Origin: Octopus vulgaris
Taxonomy: Eukaryota
DNA: 64,000 nt
NCBI GenBank assembly: GCA_951406725.2
Contig: CATOCA020000001.1
Location: 1,116,001 to 1,180,000, forward strand
Direction of reading: 5' to 3'
Shown: positions 1 to 12,742 of the stretch, one piece after another
How the letters are laid out: every line of letters starts with the position of its first letter
Numbering within the stretch: position 1 is the stretch's first letter
Program-made: the position numbers and the translations under genes
Notes under the pieces: model-generated
Told to the model about the DNA's origin: nothing
Seen by the model: only the letters and a program-made list of their open reading frames with translations
The model's database searches: none

Positions 1-203
1 TTTAGATCTACGAGCCTCTGAAACTTTTCGTCCTGTAGTAAAACGAATTTGATATCCGAAATCCGATTCCCAAGGTAAACATCGTCCATAAAATATAATA
101 AATATCATAATCCTCCACGTGAAATAACCCAACTTTGAGATCTCAACCTCCCACTCTATATCTTTCACTACCCATGTATCTTATATTTGCCATACTATTT
201 GAT

Positions 204-204
<1 letters not shown>

Positions 205-258
<54 letters not shown>
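205..258. repeat. (CT)n microsatellite
   Basis: Perfect dinucleotide run. One of dozens of (TA)n/(CA)n/(CT)n tracts that generate the spurious YIYI/HTHT ORFs. Confidence 0.95.
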
Positions 259-262
<4 letters not shown>

Positions 263-730
263 GTGAATTAAAAATCAATCATTGCTTTCATTTTGTTTAA
301 AATCTCTCCTACTTCTGTTTTATGATACAAGTGTTCAAACACAAACAGCTTAGCTTCCAAATCTTGTTTTCCAATGGGGTAAAAATGATAAAACTTTGAA
401 CCTCTGATGTGTTTTCTAAACTTTGTCTCGAATACATCAAAAATTTCCAAATTTCCACATACTTTTCAAATTTCAAATTCTGTGACACAAAGCGAAAAGT
501 TCGCTCTCTAATTGCTTATTTCTTTCCTTTTCTCATAGTAAACCTTCCCACACTTTATGAAAGTATACCGCTCACACTATCGTGTTCCCAATGTGTGTCG
601 TGTTCCTAATATATATATAGGTGTGTCTGTGTGTGTGCCATTGTGTCTGCGTGTGTGGATGTAAGAATGTGTTCGTATTTTTGTGCGTTATTGTGTGTAT
701 ACGTATGTGCAGAAGAATTATACGCATAAA

Positions 731-779
<49 letters not shown>

Positions 780-1106
780 GCATACGTATACCCATGCATA
801 CCAGTATATATCACATATACACACTCACACACATACACTCACACATACATATATATAGAAAGAATATTATCTTCCAATTATTCAAGTCATTAATCAGCAA
901 CCATCCTGGCAACCCTCCTAGAAAGTATTTTATTCGAATATATTTTCCACGGTATTTAAATTTTGAAAGTCTGTTACTTATTATATCGGTTTCTTTTGAG
1001 GAACTGTTAAGTTACGGGGATGGAATATCTCCAGAGACTAATACAACCACTATAATCAAAGCTCACACACACACATACACCCATGTATATATGTATATAC
1101 ATAAGA

Positions 1107-1248
1107 CAGGCCTCTTTCAGTTTCTGACAACAAAATCTATTCACGACACGAGGATATGGAATTGGACACTTGGTGAAGGCAGCTCGTATTAACAATGACC
1201 CCTACACCATGTGGTTGGAAATCAAGCTTCTTATTACGCGGACACGCC
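1107..1248 (-). mobile_element. Degenerate tRNA-derived SINE (5' part)
   Basis: Reverse complement resembles the SINE copies at 8631 and 23751 (aagcttg..ccaaccacatggt..aagtgtc..gaaactgaaaga). Confidence 0.65.
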
Positions 1249-1288
1249 ATTGACTTTATACACACATACACTTATATAGATATATATA

Positions 1289-1350
<62 letters not shown>

Positions 1351-1355
<5 letters not shown>

Positions 1356-1571
1356 TAAAGCAGCAGAAAATTCAACAAAACCTGTTACTCTGAGTTTCCC
1401 GTTGCCGTTCATCGGACAGTTTTTGCTAGACACTGTCTGATGTACGGCAACGGGAACTCTGAGTAACAGGTTTTGTTGAATTTTCTGCTGCTTTAAATAA
1501 AGCATATTACTCTACCAATGGTATTTGAGTACTCTTTTTTCCACCTTGTTTCACATTAATGTGTTTACTCC

Positions 1572-1575
<4 letters not shown>
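1351..1575. mobile_element. Penelope-type inverted repeat fragment with a hammerhead motif in each arm
   Basis: 1351-1420 is an inverted repeat of 1432-1500. Arm consensus: ctgt-CTGATGA-acggcaacgg-GAAA-ctcagag-TA-acag. Confidence 0.7.
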
Positions 1576-1632
<57 letters not shown>

Positions 1633-1649
1633 GTATATATGTATGTATT

Positions 1650-1990
1650 GTACGCTCAAGTGGTCACACCTGTTTTATCCTGTTTTAAACACCTACATAT
1701 TGGACTCACTACTGCCTGAACTTTCTGCACCTCTCCGATTCTACACCTCTCCGATTGCCACTGGATATAATTATGGATCTCACGGGACACATCTGTTAAT
1801 GAAAAGTCCCTCCAATACACTACAACTTTTAATCCTTTTTCAACTTCTGTGATTTCCTCATTTTCTTTACTTTTGAAGATCGTAGGGCCGAAACATAAAG
1901 CCCTTTCTCACTTTTCGGAATGTCAAACTAATACACACCTTGTTCATATATCTGTGTTCGTCTTTTGTTTTTCTGCAAATTTCAACTATG
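1650..1990 (+). mobile_element. Penelope-like 3' end with degenerate minimal HHR
   Basis: tTGAAGA-tcgtagggcc-GAAA-ca-TA at 1872-1897. Downstream sequence is similar to the reverse complement of 29920-30055. Confidence 0.5.
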
Positions 1991-2036
1991 TATATATATA
2001 TATATATGTCTATAGATAGATATATATATATAAATA

Positions 2037-2376
2037 CAGTGTACATTTAAACACATAAGAGGTATCCGTTATAGGATTCATTGCACGCTAGAAGGAACAG
2101 CTAAAATCCAAACCGCTATTAGGGATAATCATCGAAGGGAATGAAAATTATAAAACATTTACCTCTGTCTCCTAGACAACGGATTGAGACATTTTTTTAG
2201 CAAATATACTTATTTGCTAGGCGAAGTCTTCACCAGCAGGTACGCCTATATTAAAACACATAAGCATGAGGCAATCCAACATTGCCTCTTATGTGATACC
2301 TCTTATGTGTTTAATTATGTTTAAATGTGTTTAAACACATACGACGAATACCTCTTATGAGTTTGAATGTACACTG
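2037..2376 (-). mobile_element. Inverted-repeat element containing a decayed HHR (2171-2240)
   Basis: ~30-bp inverted ends (cagtgtacatttaaacacataagaggtat / atacctcttatgagtttgaatgtacactg). Minus strand reads cctg-CTGGTGA-agac..gtct-caat..gTC-tagg. Confidence 0.5.
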
Positions 2377-2477
2377 CATTTATATGATTAATATATAGGC
2401 TATTGACAATATTTTTACACATTAGGCCACTGGTAGTACATATTCTAAGCTTTTTTATTACCCTGTTATTGTTAATT

Positions 2478-2540
<63 letters not shown>

Positions 2541-2579
2541 TATAGATAGATAGATAGATAGACAGATTGATAGATAGAC
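2478..2579. repeat. (TAGA)n microsatellite
   Basis: Direct observation. Confidence 0.95.
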
Positions 2580-2639
2580 ATGTTTCTTTACAAGCCACAA
2601 AGAGCTGCACACAGACGGGAAAGATTACAATGTAGAGCT

Positions 2640-3632
2640 TTTCTTTTTTTAGGAAATAAAAGGTGGGGTAGGTATTCGATAAAAAGAGATCGTAAAAGGT
2701 AAAGAAGAAGTTGAAAAAGGAAAAGAAACAAAAGAAAAAAAACGAGTCGGGATCGTGTATCACAGTGTCATGATGTATGGTGTAAAGGGGGAAGCAGATA
2801 AGGTTTAACCGTGGGAAGAAACGCCCACGGAAAGACCACGGTAACCTCGGTCAATATTGTTACATGTTACCACATTTGTTTTCAAGTAACCCTCTGTTTT
2901 AAATATCCGGTTTCATAGGATTATGCTCAAGCTGGCTTCGTCATTCTTTCGTGCCATCCTTGCTACATTCACCCATCTTTTTTAAAACATTCGCTAGACA
3001 AAACTTGCCTCTCTGCTCTCACTTCCTTTTCAAGTGATACTTGAAAATGTTGATGAGAGATTGACCAGAGAGGAAAGTGTTTGTCTCTAATCCTTTCAGA
3101 CGCGTCCACCAGATACATTCTTTCGCCATATGATGAAAATAGCTCTTTCTTCCTGTTTGAAGGACGGAGGCGTGACAATATTGACAATAGACTCGGCTGT
3201 TAAACCGACTCGTCCCACACGGGACAGCAGTTGTTCGACATAAGCCAGGCCAAAGATCTCTGGATGTTGTCAATGGGCCCTGGCCCGAAAGTCGTCCTGA
3301 ACATGCGGATCAGGTATTCCTCGTCGATGTCCAGGTTGGCCCCGAGCTCGTCGTCGTACCTCACCTCCACTAATCCCCTATAGAATGCTTGGGTTGTGTT
3401 GAAGTCCCTCGTGTTCGATCCGGGACGGCAGAGTTGCTTGAGAGCAACGTGACACGCGCGGTGCCATTCGCCCTTCCTCGGCCTCTTTTTGATCCACGAC
3501 TACATCTGTTCACCGTCGTCAACGTAGAGCCTGAGATATATCAGTCTCAGCGCGTGTCTGCGCATCATCGTCCATCGTCCATGGTGGAGAAAGTGTCAGC
3601 AGAGGTTCACCATTACCTTTGGCCGGAGCCAC
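2640..3632 (-). mobile_element. Tx1/L1-like LINE, 5'-truncated degenerate 3' end
   Basis: Peptides (LINIFKYHLKRK, WTRLKGL) match the ORF2 C-terminus at 13897-14200. Nucleotide homology to 61455-62330. Confidence 0.85.
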
Positions 3633-3679
3633 GTTGAGCTGAGGTGTTCAGCTCATAAACAAACATCTCATAATCTGAG

Positions 3680-3731
3680 ATTCGAAACCGCGATCCCTCG
3701 AGCGCGAGACTGCTGCTCTAACCACTATAAC
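3680..3731 (-). mobile_element. tRNA-derived SINE head
   Basis: Minus strand tagtggttagagc (A box-like) and ggtttcgaatc (B box-like), with no full cloverleaf. Confidence 0.6.
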
Positions 3732-3769
3732 TTGTGCCTCTCTCTCTATATATATATGCTCGTGTGCCT

Positions 3770-3832
<63 letters not shown>

Positions 3833-4039
3833 TTGCTCGTGTTTTCCGTGTTGAAGTTAAACCCACCTCTGGCCTTGTATTGAAATCTTCTATATTCCCT
3901 CTACCAACTGTTACTAATTAAGATGTTATATCTGATTCGGCAGGGATTTTATCCGCTTAATGCTTTCGACATATTCCTCCATACCGGACCGTCTGAAATC
4001 GCAGTGAAACGTTTGGGTGTACTTCGACACATTGAGAGT

Positions 4040-5202
4040 GATGTCTGTTTATTTCTTTCCACTTAATGTCTCTCTCGAACAAAATTGATCAGCGTGTCCA
4101 CTCTCAGCAAAATCCGAAGAAAAGTGGTAAGGTTATGTCATAAAATAGAATCCATTTGACCATTTACATGAAAATATTCCATTGCCATTTAAATCTCAAT
4201 ACATCTTATAAATAATCGACGTTTTATATGTCGAAGTGCTTAATTTTACTCACTGTTCAATTTTCTTCAAAATCAGTTCATTATTTTATTGTGAATGATT
4301 TTGACGATTGCTGCCTTTCATCATTTTAATTTTAATTCTACTTCATGACTCCGGCCATAAATTTTACCTAAAAGTCAAAGTTTATCAAAATCGGATGAAT
4401 TGTGTAAAAGTTACAGCATAATATACTAATCCTATGGGTAACTGCATACAAAAAGCCTATTGATATTTTAAAAGTCTCTCTCTCACACGCAGTTATCGAT
4501 TTTTGTCAACTCTTAATGCTGATATCAACTAATGGACATGAACTGTAATCACGTGTAAAATTCCTACAAAATCGTTAAGAATGTCTGTAAAGAAATGCTT
4601 ATGTACATTTGTACCCTTTTCAAGCTCTTTTGAATTAAATACATACATTTCCCATATCCCCCACCAATCATTTACCTACACTTCATATTTCATTAAAAGC
4701 GGATGAAAAATATGTAATTTACGGCCAAAAATAAAACCCCTATGGGTATTTGGACGCAAAACGTCTATCGATTCTATAAAACCACTGCTCCGGCGCAATT
4801 ACCATTTTTTTCTCAACGTCATATACTGAAATCAACTCACTGCCATGAGCCTTGCTCACTCATCGATTTTCATTAAAATTGGACAAAAAAATGCAAAAGC
4901 TGCTGGGAAAATAACATCGTTATAGGAATATGAGAGGTTAATGAACACAATTTTAAAATGTCGCCATTGTTTTCAAATTACGTTTCACATTTTGTTTGAA
5001 AAAAAGTGTGGATTATAATGGTGATCACCGATTTCCAAAATTTTTCATTCAAAACTTTTGTTAATGCCTCGTTCAAAAGCATTGACCAAAATCGTTACCG
5101 ATTGGGATTGGGGATTTGAAAAAAATGAAAACACATTCAAACAATTTTTAAAGAGCTTCCTGCCATCATTTCAAACGTTGAGGTGAAAAAAAATTGAAAA
5201 TC
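4040..5202 (+). repeat. ~1.15-kb non-coding dispersed element, copy 1
   Basis: Colinear with 26266-27379. Internal sub-repeats contain tttcattaaaatcgga and cctatgggta motifs. Confidence 0.85.
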
Positions 5203-5619
5203 ATCATCAGAACGAGTGCAGGAGTGGCTCTGTGGTAAGTAGCTTGCTTACCTCATTGAGAATGTGCGAAGCTGTAAAGACGTATTTTTGAAGCCGTCTT
5301 AAATTGAATATTTTTGAAACTCAGCTGTAAGGTAAGACATCTTTGGGGGTCTAGTGGGGGCCTGTTGTCTGCCACAATTATTGTTTACAAACAAGAAGTC
5401 CTCACTGGATTCTAGTCTACCTGTAGCTGACTGAATATTTTTTCACTTAACTGTGAAAATTATTGTTTTTGTGGGCGTATCCTACCGCAAAATTTTGTTT
5501 GAGAATCGTGTTTGTCCAGGAATAACTCTGCGAATTTTTAGAAAAGATTTCAACAATAGTGTTCCTGTTAAGGATTACCTATGAGAAGAAAATTGGAATG
5601 ATTTGCGTTAAAATTTTGA

Positions 5620-7265
5620 CCTGGAGTACCGAGTGGCCTTTGCAGTGTTTTGAACTGCTGCCCTCTCTTCACCCCTCTTTTATTTAAAAAACGACTCTTT
5701 ATTAATTTTTTTCTTTTTTGTTTGAACTTTTTTCTCTTCCTTCTTTTTCCTTAATTATTTTGTATTTTATGAGGTGTTTTTTGGACTTTTTTTTAAAAAG
5801 AAACATGGCAAAGAACAATGGAAATTTGGTGGAGTGGGAATTTATACCACCCAAAAGATGATTAAAAGAACTTGAATGTAAGACGGTGGTTTTGAGGACC
5901 TACTCTAGGATCCTCGACGCCATTGCCAATTTCAAAAAATATAATCGAAAGAGAGATGGCAGAATTTCAGCCAGCTATTAAGTTTATCACTCGGAGGGTC
6001 AAATATGCAACCGTGTGGTTGCTGTTTGACTCCCCAGAAATGGATTGGGAATTTGCGAGCCAGCTCCTGGAAGGCAAGGGAATTTTGTTTCTTCCCGCTT
6101 ATTGTGGGAAGAAGTTGACGAGGGCTTGGGTTTGCGGCTTTCCACCCGGAGCTGAGCCCGAGTGGATAGGAGATACTATCCGCCGGGGTCTTCGTGGCGC
6201 TAGCACCAAGCTCTTCAATGTAAATATTCTGCCTGCGGCTGACTGGGAGATGTCAAATGCCGTTTTGACCCTCTAAATCCAGTCAGCCGAAAGTCTGGTA
6301 TTTCCAGACTTTTTAAGAATAGGCGGGTCGAAGAATCCGGTGATGTTTGAAGGAGCCCCCCCCCCCCAAGTGTCATCGGTGCCTGGAGCCTGGCCATATA
6401 AAAAGAACTGTCCTCAACGGCAAAGCAAAGTCCTGGAGCGGTTGACGGAGACCTCTGTAGAAGAAGGAATGAAGGCGGCCGAGGAGACAGAGGATGCCTC
6501 AAAGAAGAGCCGCAAAAGGAAGAAGGTGAGTAATAATGGGTGCTCACCGAAGGATTCTGGGAATGAGGGAAGGGAAGCACATGTCCTGGTCATGGAGGGG
6601 ATGTACCCTCCCACAGTCAAAAGGAAAAAAGAGGAAGAGGAGAAACGGGATATTGCTGACAATCGGAGCCATGGAGCATCATCGGTGGGTGGAGTGGGGG
6701 GTCGTGCCACTGGTGGGGTTGGGTTAGATACAATTGGTAAGAAGTGTGCCGCCAACGGTAGAATTGATTACCTCGGACCCGGAGGAGGAAGAACTGCTGG
6801 CCTTCTGTTATAGAGGGGGAGTGGTGGAAAAGGTAATAGAAGAACACTACAAGGGTTTACCTTTGGCCTACGCACGGTAACCCGAATGGCCTCCGCAGAT
6901 AGCTGTGGAGGTCATAACGTTGCGCATGTTACATAGGCTGGGGGGACTAAAAGAGGAATATCGCTCGTGGCCGGGTGACGCCAACTCGGAGCATACCTTG
7001 ATTTTGAAGCAAGCATGGGCGATGGTGGAGTACACGTGCACAAGCGATGATGAGGATTGACAAGTGGTTGAAAAGCCTCAGTGTTATAATGTGTAAGAAG
7101 CTCAGTGCCTCATTTGTAAATGGACTAGTGTTGATTGTATAGTGAATATTTTATTGTATATTATTGTATGTTATTATTTGTTATGGACTATTAAGTCCAA
7201 TAATTGTAAAAACTGTAGTGAGAGGTTCAATACCTCGTTATTTTTCTGTTGGGAAAAAAAGAAGA
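5620..7265 (+). mobile_element. ORF1-only (half-Tx1/HAL1-like) retroelement, frameshifted
   Basis: Broken ORF from ATG 5805: KTVVLRTY..KYATV..LPAYCGKK..RAWVCGFPP, then a CHRCLEPGHIK(K)NC zinc knuckle (~6372-6412, one frameshift) and a K/E-rich tail. A-rich end ~7254, no EN/RT. Confidence 0.65.
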
Positions 7266-7269
7266 ATGT

Positions 7270-8630
7270 TTTATAATGTTCTTGTTATCTTATTCCGATT
7301 GATAGGTTTATCCGAGTATATTAAGGGTTTTGGAAGGGCATACGGGTGTTGATATCGGCAGGCAGAAACAGGGTTAGTGTCAAGGGTCACCGAGTGGGGA
7401 GATTGTTTGTTAGATCATATACTAATTTAAAATTTGGGAGAGTAGTAGTACGATGGGTTATGCGTGATATTTTTCGTTTCATCTGTAGGAAGGGTGTATC
7501 CTTGGTTCCGTGTTTAGTGATGGGAGGCTTGTCCCACATGGATATATTCGATCAAATTCGTATGATCGTCGCGTTATAGAGCGCAATTATAATATTCAGC
7601 GTATTGTTCGAATATTTCCTTACTGGCGGACGGTGATGAAATCCGTTTTGATACGATATCTACGATAGAGTTTAGGACAACTGGCATTGTGGTTGGAGGA
7701 AAAGTTGACGTAGTTGAGGTTCTCCTCAAGTTCATGGCATGGGTAGAAAATTTGGCTTTGTAGATCTAGGGTGACATCTAGGAAATTAGAAGTTTTAAGG
7801 CTGCTACAAAAAGTGATGCAGAGGCCCACCTTTTTCAAAAGATATCTTAGTCTTCTTCTAATCTGTTCGATTCGGCGCTTGCGAGAATCCCGAATGTCTC
7901 TATTGGCCCAGAAATACCCAGTTTTATCATATGTCGACGGGCGGCCAAGATGATATCAATATCGTCACAAGAGAGGTTAGATCGTATCATTGCAAAAATG
8001 AGGACTTTGTTGAGAAGGATAGGGGATACACTAGAGTAATTTGGTCTATGTCGATCTGGATGAATTTAAAAGTATGTTTTGGGCTTTAGGAATTAAACCA
8101 CTGGACGGCTTGAGTAATTTCAGTCCATAGGTGTAGTGTGTACGTTGGATGCAGTTGGGGGTATAATCCTGCCTGATGAAATCTTGCTAATCTTACCTAT
8201 ATCTGAACTGAAGGGGCAAATGAAGCGAACGGAAGGGTTCTCGGCAAATTTTATTTTATGGTCTTCTACGTTAATATGAAGCGAGCGAGTTAAGGAACGT
8301 CCGGTCCTATCTTCTAATGCGCCTTTAAAAACGAGATCACGATTCTTGATGTAAATGTCTGTCAGAACGGAGACCGGTACAATACGGTATCATTTATGTA
8401 GTTATTTGTGTATTAGCTCTCCGTATTTATCTTGAGGAGCATTATAAAGTTGCCGGGTTTGACGGCTTGGAAGAGAATTTCAGAGTATTTTTGAAGACTC
8501 TTGAGGATATTATTGATTTTAGTTAGGTGGGGTTTGATTGTTATTTTTCTAGGTTGAAAATTGATGTTCTAAATCAGATTGGTAAGATGTTGCTCGAAAT
8601 TATCTAGGTCACGCTTAGGAGGTGCATTGT
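7270..8630 (-). mobile_element. Penelope-like element, degenerate RT region
   Basis: NFLDVTLDL..FYP.H....YVNFSSNH (7620-7838) is the typical PLE RT C-terminal motif. Homologous to 28525-28700. Confidence 0.75.
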
Positions 8631-8759
8631 TTACCAACCACCTGGTTCCGGGTTTAGTCCCACTGCGTGCCACCTTGGGCAAGTGTCTTCTACTATAGCC
8701 TCGGGCCGAGCAAAGCCTTGTGAGTGGATTTGGTAGACGGAAACTGAAAGAAGCCCTTC

Positions 8760-8801
<42 letters not shown>

Positions 8802-9030
8802 GCGTTTGTGTTTGTGTGTCTGTGTTTGTCCCCCTAGCATTGCTTGACAACCGATGCTGGTGTTTTTATGTCCCCGTAACCTAGCGGTTCGGCAAAAGAA
8901 ACCGTTAGAATAAGTACTGGGCTTACAAAAGAATAAGTCCCGGGGTCGAGTTGCTCGATCAAAGGCGGTGCTCCAGCATGGCCGCAGTCAAATGACTGAA
9001 ACAAGTAAAAGAGTAAAAGAGAAAAGAGTA
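8631..9030 (+). mobile_element. Octopus-type tRNA SINE, near full length, with internal (TA)n
   Basis: ggttccgggtttagtccc B-box region, conserved core, and tail ggtgctccagcatggccgcagtc...gaaacaagtaaaaga. Multiple copies in the window. Confidence 0.9.
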
Positions 9031-10409
9031 TAACAAAAGAGGCGTTGTATTTCCATGCAGAAAAGTATATAAGAAAGTTTTTTGTTGAAAATGCCCCTAA
9101 ATTTGAAAAAACATGTAATTGTTTTTAAATAAATATATTTATATAAAATGGCGGCGCCCCAGCATGGCCACAGCTCATGAGCTGAAACTAGATAATATAA
9201 AATAAAACAAATAAAAACAATATACCTACCAAACTAGTTTCAACAATATTTTTTGTTTATCAATAGTAAAAATTTTAAATTATGAATTAGAAAAACATGT
9301 TTTTATGTTTATAAGTTTCGGTAAAATGAAGTATGATTTTAAATGTTCATACATTTCAATAATATATAAAAAATGTGAATCATTTTGCTGAAATGCACAA
9401 CATTCAATAGTGTTAGTAGTGATCGATAAGAAATGCGGATCATCAAAGTTTCGGCCATACTGAGTTAAGAGTGAGAAAAACAAGGGAGAAATGAAGATAG
9501 TGAAAAAAGGGTTTTTGTTTACAGTTTCTGTGATTCTCTTACCGACGTGTACAGGTCTTTTGCTTGTAAAGGCGTTTTTTAGAATCCGGTGTATTTACGA
9601 TTTTTTCCGTGAACGGATCTGATATTTGTTGATGTCTTATTTTTCTGGTGGTCAAGATTTTCATTCTGCCTGGTTCGCTTACCTGTGGGGAACGGTCATC
9701 AGCCATTCCAGGTGGTTGATTCTCATAAAGGGTAATTTCGTTGTATTTGCTGAAGTTCGATTTTGATTGTAAGTCAAATTTCATTGTTCTAGAGTTAGGT
9801 GACGTCAGCAACTGGTATGTGTATGGTGATATTGTGTGTCGATTCGGATTTGCGATTTCGAAACCCGCGTGGAAATCTGTTACTAAAGCGTTTTGAATAT
9901 CTGTTGTATCTCGTTTTTTTTTCTTTGTGGAGAAATTGTGTCTCTTTCATTTTTCGCTTTCGTGTTTAAACAGAGGTGAATAAGAGGGAATGAATTAAAC
10001 GATATTCTTTATTCCATAATACTACAATTGTTACTACATGATTTCACAACCATTGTACATGGTTCAGATGATATAATTAATAAATTGCGTAATCCTTACC
10101 ATCTATCAGAGGTGTAAAACAGGCTTTTCAGGTGAGTATTTCAATAAGTCCTACGTTCCACCTTTAAGGAACTGTAGTGATGACACACGATGTAAATTAT
10201 ATGATCTCATCAAGAACTACGGATGTGATGTGTAGACACAATTGCATTGATATAGAATAAAGAAAGTCGCTGAAACCATTCTCTTATACTTCATTAGGTA
10301 TATACGTATATATGCAAGTATGTATGTATGTATGTACCAATCCTCTCTTTTTACTTGTGTTGTGTGGACGCCCCCAGACGATGAAGTAGGCTAGCTCAAT
10401 ACGTAGATA

Positions 10410-12026
10410 TAGAGGGAGAAGTCTAGACGTCGAAGTAGAGTCGAGTTGAGTAGAGAAGTTTGTAGTTGATAGGTGTTGTTTTTGAGGTCGAGTTGTTGAA
10501 GTTGAGTTGTATTTGTGAGTGGAACGTGAATTTATTGTTGGTTGTTGCTGTTGTTGATACCGTTGTTAATATCGTTAAAGTTTTGTTGAGTTGATATTTC
10601 CCATTGAGGAAAATGGAGAAGGCGCCAGCGGGGGCTACTGGAGGAGAAGCGGGGAGAGAAGCATTGGAGACTTTTAAAGTAGAGGTCGAGGCCAGGAGGA
10701 TGAAGGCTGGCGAGAGGCTGCTGAGTGGGGAAGGCGAGATGAAATTGACACCACCCGAGGAGCTGGTGAACAGCGTTATGAGGAAGACAGTGACATACAG
10801 GACTGTGAGGGTCGCTACAGGAAGGATCGAGATAGTAACTGTGGAGGGGATCGAGAGGATGTTGGAAGGCATGAAAGGATGATAACCTTCGGAACAGGAT
10901 GCAGGGAGTATGCAACTGTGGATGTGCGTTTCACATCAGAGGAGGAAGCGATGAGGCATGCTACAGAGGCGGTCCGCTCAGAAGAATGGATTTCATCTGC
11001 CATCCTGTTGCGGCGATCGTGTGGCGAGGGTTTGGGTGAGCCAGGTGCCCCCTGAGCTGGAGGAGGCATGTCTGGTGACGGCCATTGTGTACAACATGGA
11101 GGACGAGGCTGGAATATTGAGGGCCACCAGAGCAAACAAGCTGCTGGGGCTGTGGGTTGGAACTAACAATCCAGGCTAAAGTGGAGGACTTGAACGGAAT
11201 GGCAAAGGAGATAGTGTTGCACTGGGAGTGAAGGTGGAAGGCAGGCCGCTTGTGTGTTTCGAGTGTGGCAAGGAGGGACACATGAAGGCGAGATGTCCAC
11301 CGAGGGAGCAGAGAGAGACTGAAGAGGGTGTCGAGCAGGCATTGACAGTAGAGAATAATGAGAAAACAGCGGAAGAATATTCCAAGCTAGTGGAAAGAAA
11401 AAGGAGGAGCGGTAGGGTAAGCCTGCCACAGACTAACCAGAAAAAGAAGAAAGAAGAGGTGGGAAAGAAAGAGATAACGAGAAAGAAAGATGATAAAAGT
11501 GAGGCGGAAAAGGAAAGTGAAAAAATAATTAAGAAGGTGTGTGACAATGAGTCAGAGAAGGAGGAAGCAAGTATGAAGATGAGAGGTGAATTGACGGAAG
11601 ATTCAAGAACTCAACTACAAGAGAGTGAGATGGAGAAACTGAAGACAGAGAAAGAGAAGGTCTCAGATTCAGGGAAGAGTATAGAGGGACCTGTAATAAG
11701 AAAAGTAGTAAAAGAAGAAAGGAGAAGACCGAAAGGGGGTAAGAACAAATGGAATTTTGTGATGTATTCTAAGAACAAGGAAGTGGAGAAACAAATCGTA
11801 AAGTTCATAAGGGTAAAGTTGTCCAATGACGTGAACCAAGAGAGTGTGAAGGTCATTGTGGTCGATAGGGAAACCTATAATAAACTTAGAGATATGTGCG
11901 GGGATTGAATTGACCCGGCCAGAGCGTTGATGGAGTACAACGTGCTGCCCCCAGAAATTGATCTGTTAGAACTGGAGCCGTATATGTGACGTTAATGGTG
12001 AAAAAAAGGAAAAAAAGAAAGGAAAA
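10410..12026 (+). mobile_element. ORF1-only (half-Tx1/HAL1-like) retroelement, frameshifted
   Basis: Broken ORF from ATG 10613: RKTVTYRT..EYATVDV..ARVWVSQVPP, then a CFECGKEGHMKARC knuckle and K/E-rich region. A-rich tail 12001-12026, no ORF2. Confidence 0.7.
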
Positions 12027-12742
12027 CGTTTCATATTTGTGTCTTATTTCGCAAGGCGACTTTTCCGAAGGAAATGAAGTTATAACTAAGGTAGTATAAG
12101 TTACTTTTATTAAACGTAACTCGGCCGGGAACTTTATGATACCACTTCGTATATATACGACATGTTTCTAAGTTACCCTGTAACCAATTAACTAACATAC
12201 ACGGGTTTGTTCGGTTGAAGACCAGAGTACACGCAGAGGGACAGAATACAGAAACAAAATTGCTATCACACAGCCATACCAACATCTAAGCGTATACTCA
12301 CACATACACACACACATACTCACACATGAGGGAAATGGAAAATTGATTTTACAAGATTCGTCAATCACTACGGCCGTTTCAGCCCGTCTTCAATCGGCCA
12401 CTCACGGATGAGATAATGGTCCATTGTCCGCGGTGCATCTTTCTGTGCAGATGTTTCTCGTCAGTTGACGTTTCAAAAAGCGCCTCGCTCAATAAACTCG
12501 GTTTCACTAGGTTCGATTATAATGTATTTCGTTATGTTAAGAAGAACAACAACAATAACACCAACAACAACAATAACAACAAAATCAGTAACAACGAGGA
12601 AGTCGATGATGAAGAAAAGATAGTAGCAAGAAAACAGACAAGATGGACAAGCAAAACAATTTGACAATTGCGAATGAGGATAGAAATGACAATAAAAATA
12701 TATCAACGTAAGTAATATCATTACACATACACACAAAAGTAC

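Noticed and set aside
572-1852. Many ORFs with [12 protein letters not shown] runs (also ~17900, 29700-30800, 42300-43400)
   Set aside because: Translations of (TA)n/(CA)n microsatellites, not genes.
3680-3731. Possible tRNA gene
   Set aside because: Only A/B boxes and no acceptor stem; a SINE head.
12340-12535. Well-conserved segment between blocks A and B as a further exon
   Set aside because: No shared good acceptor/donor pair or recognisable peptide.
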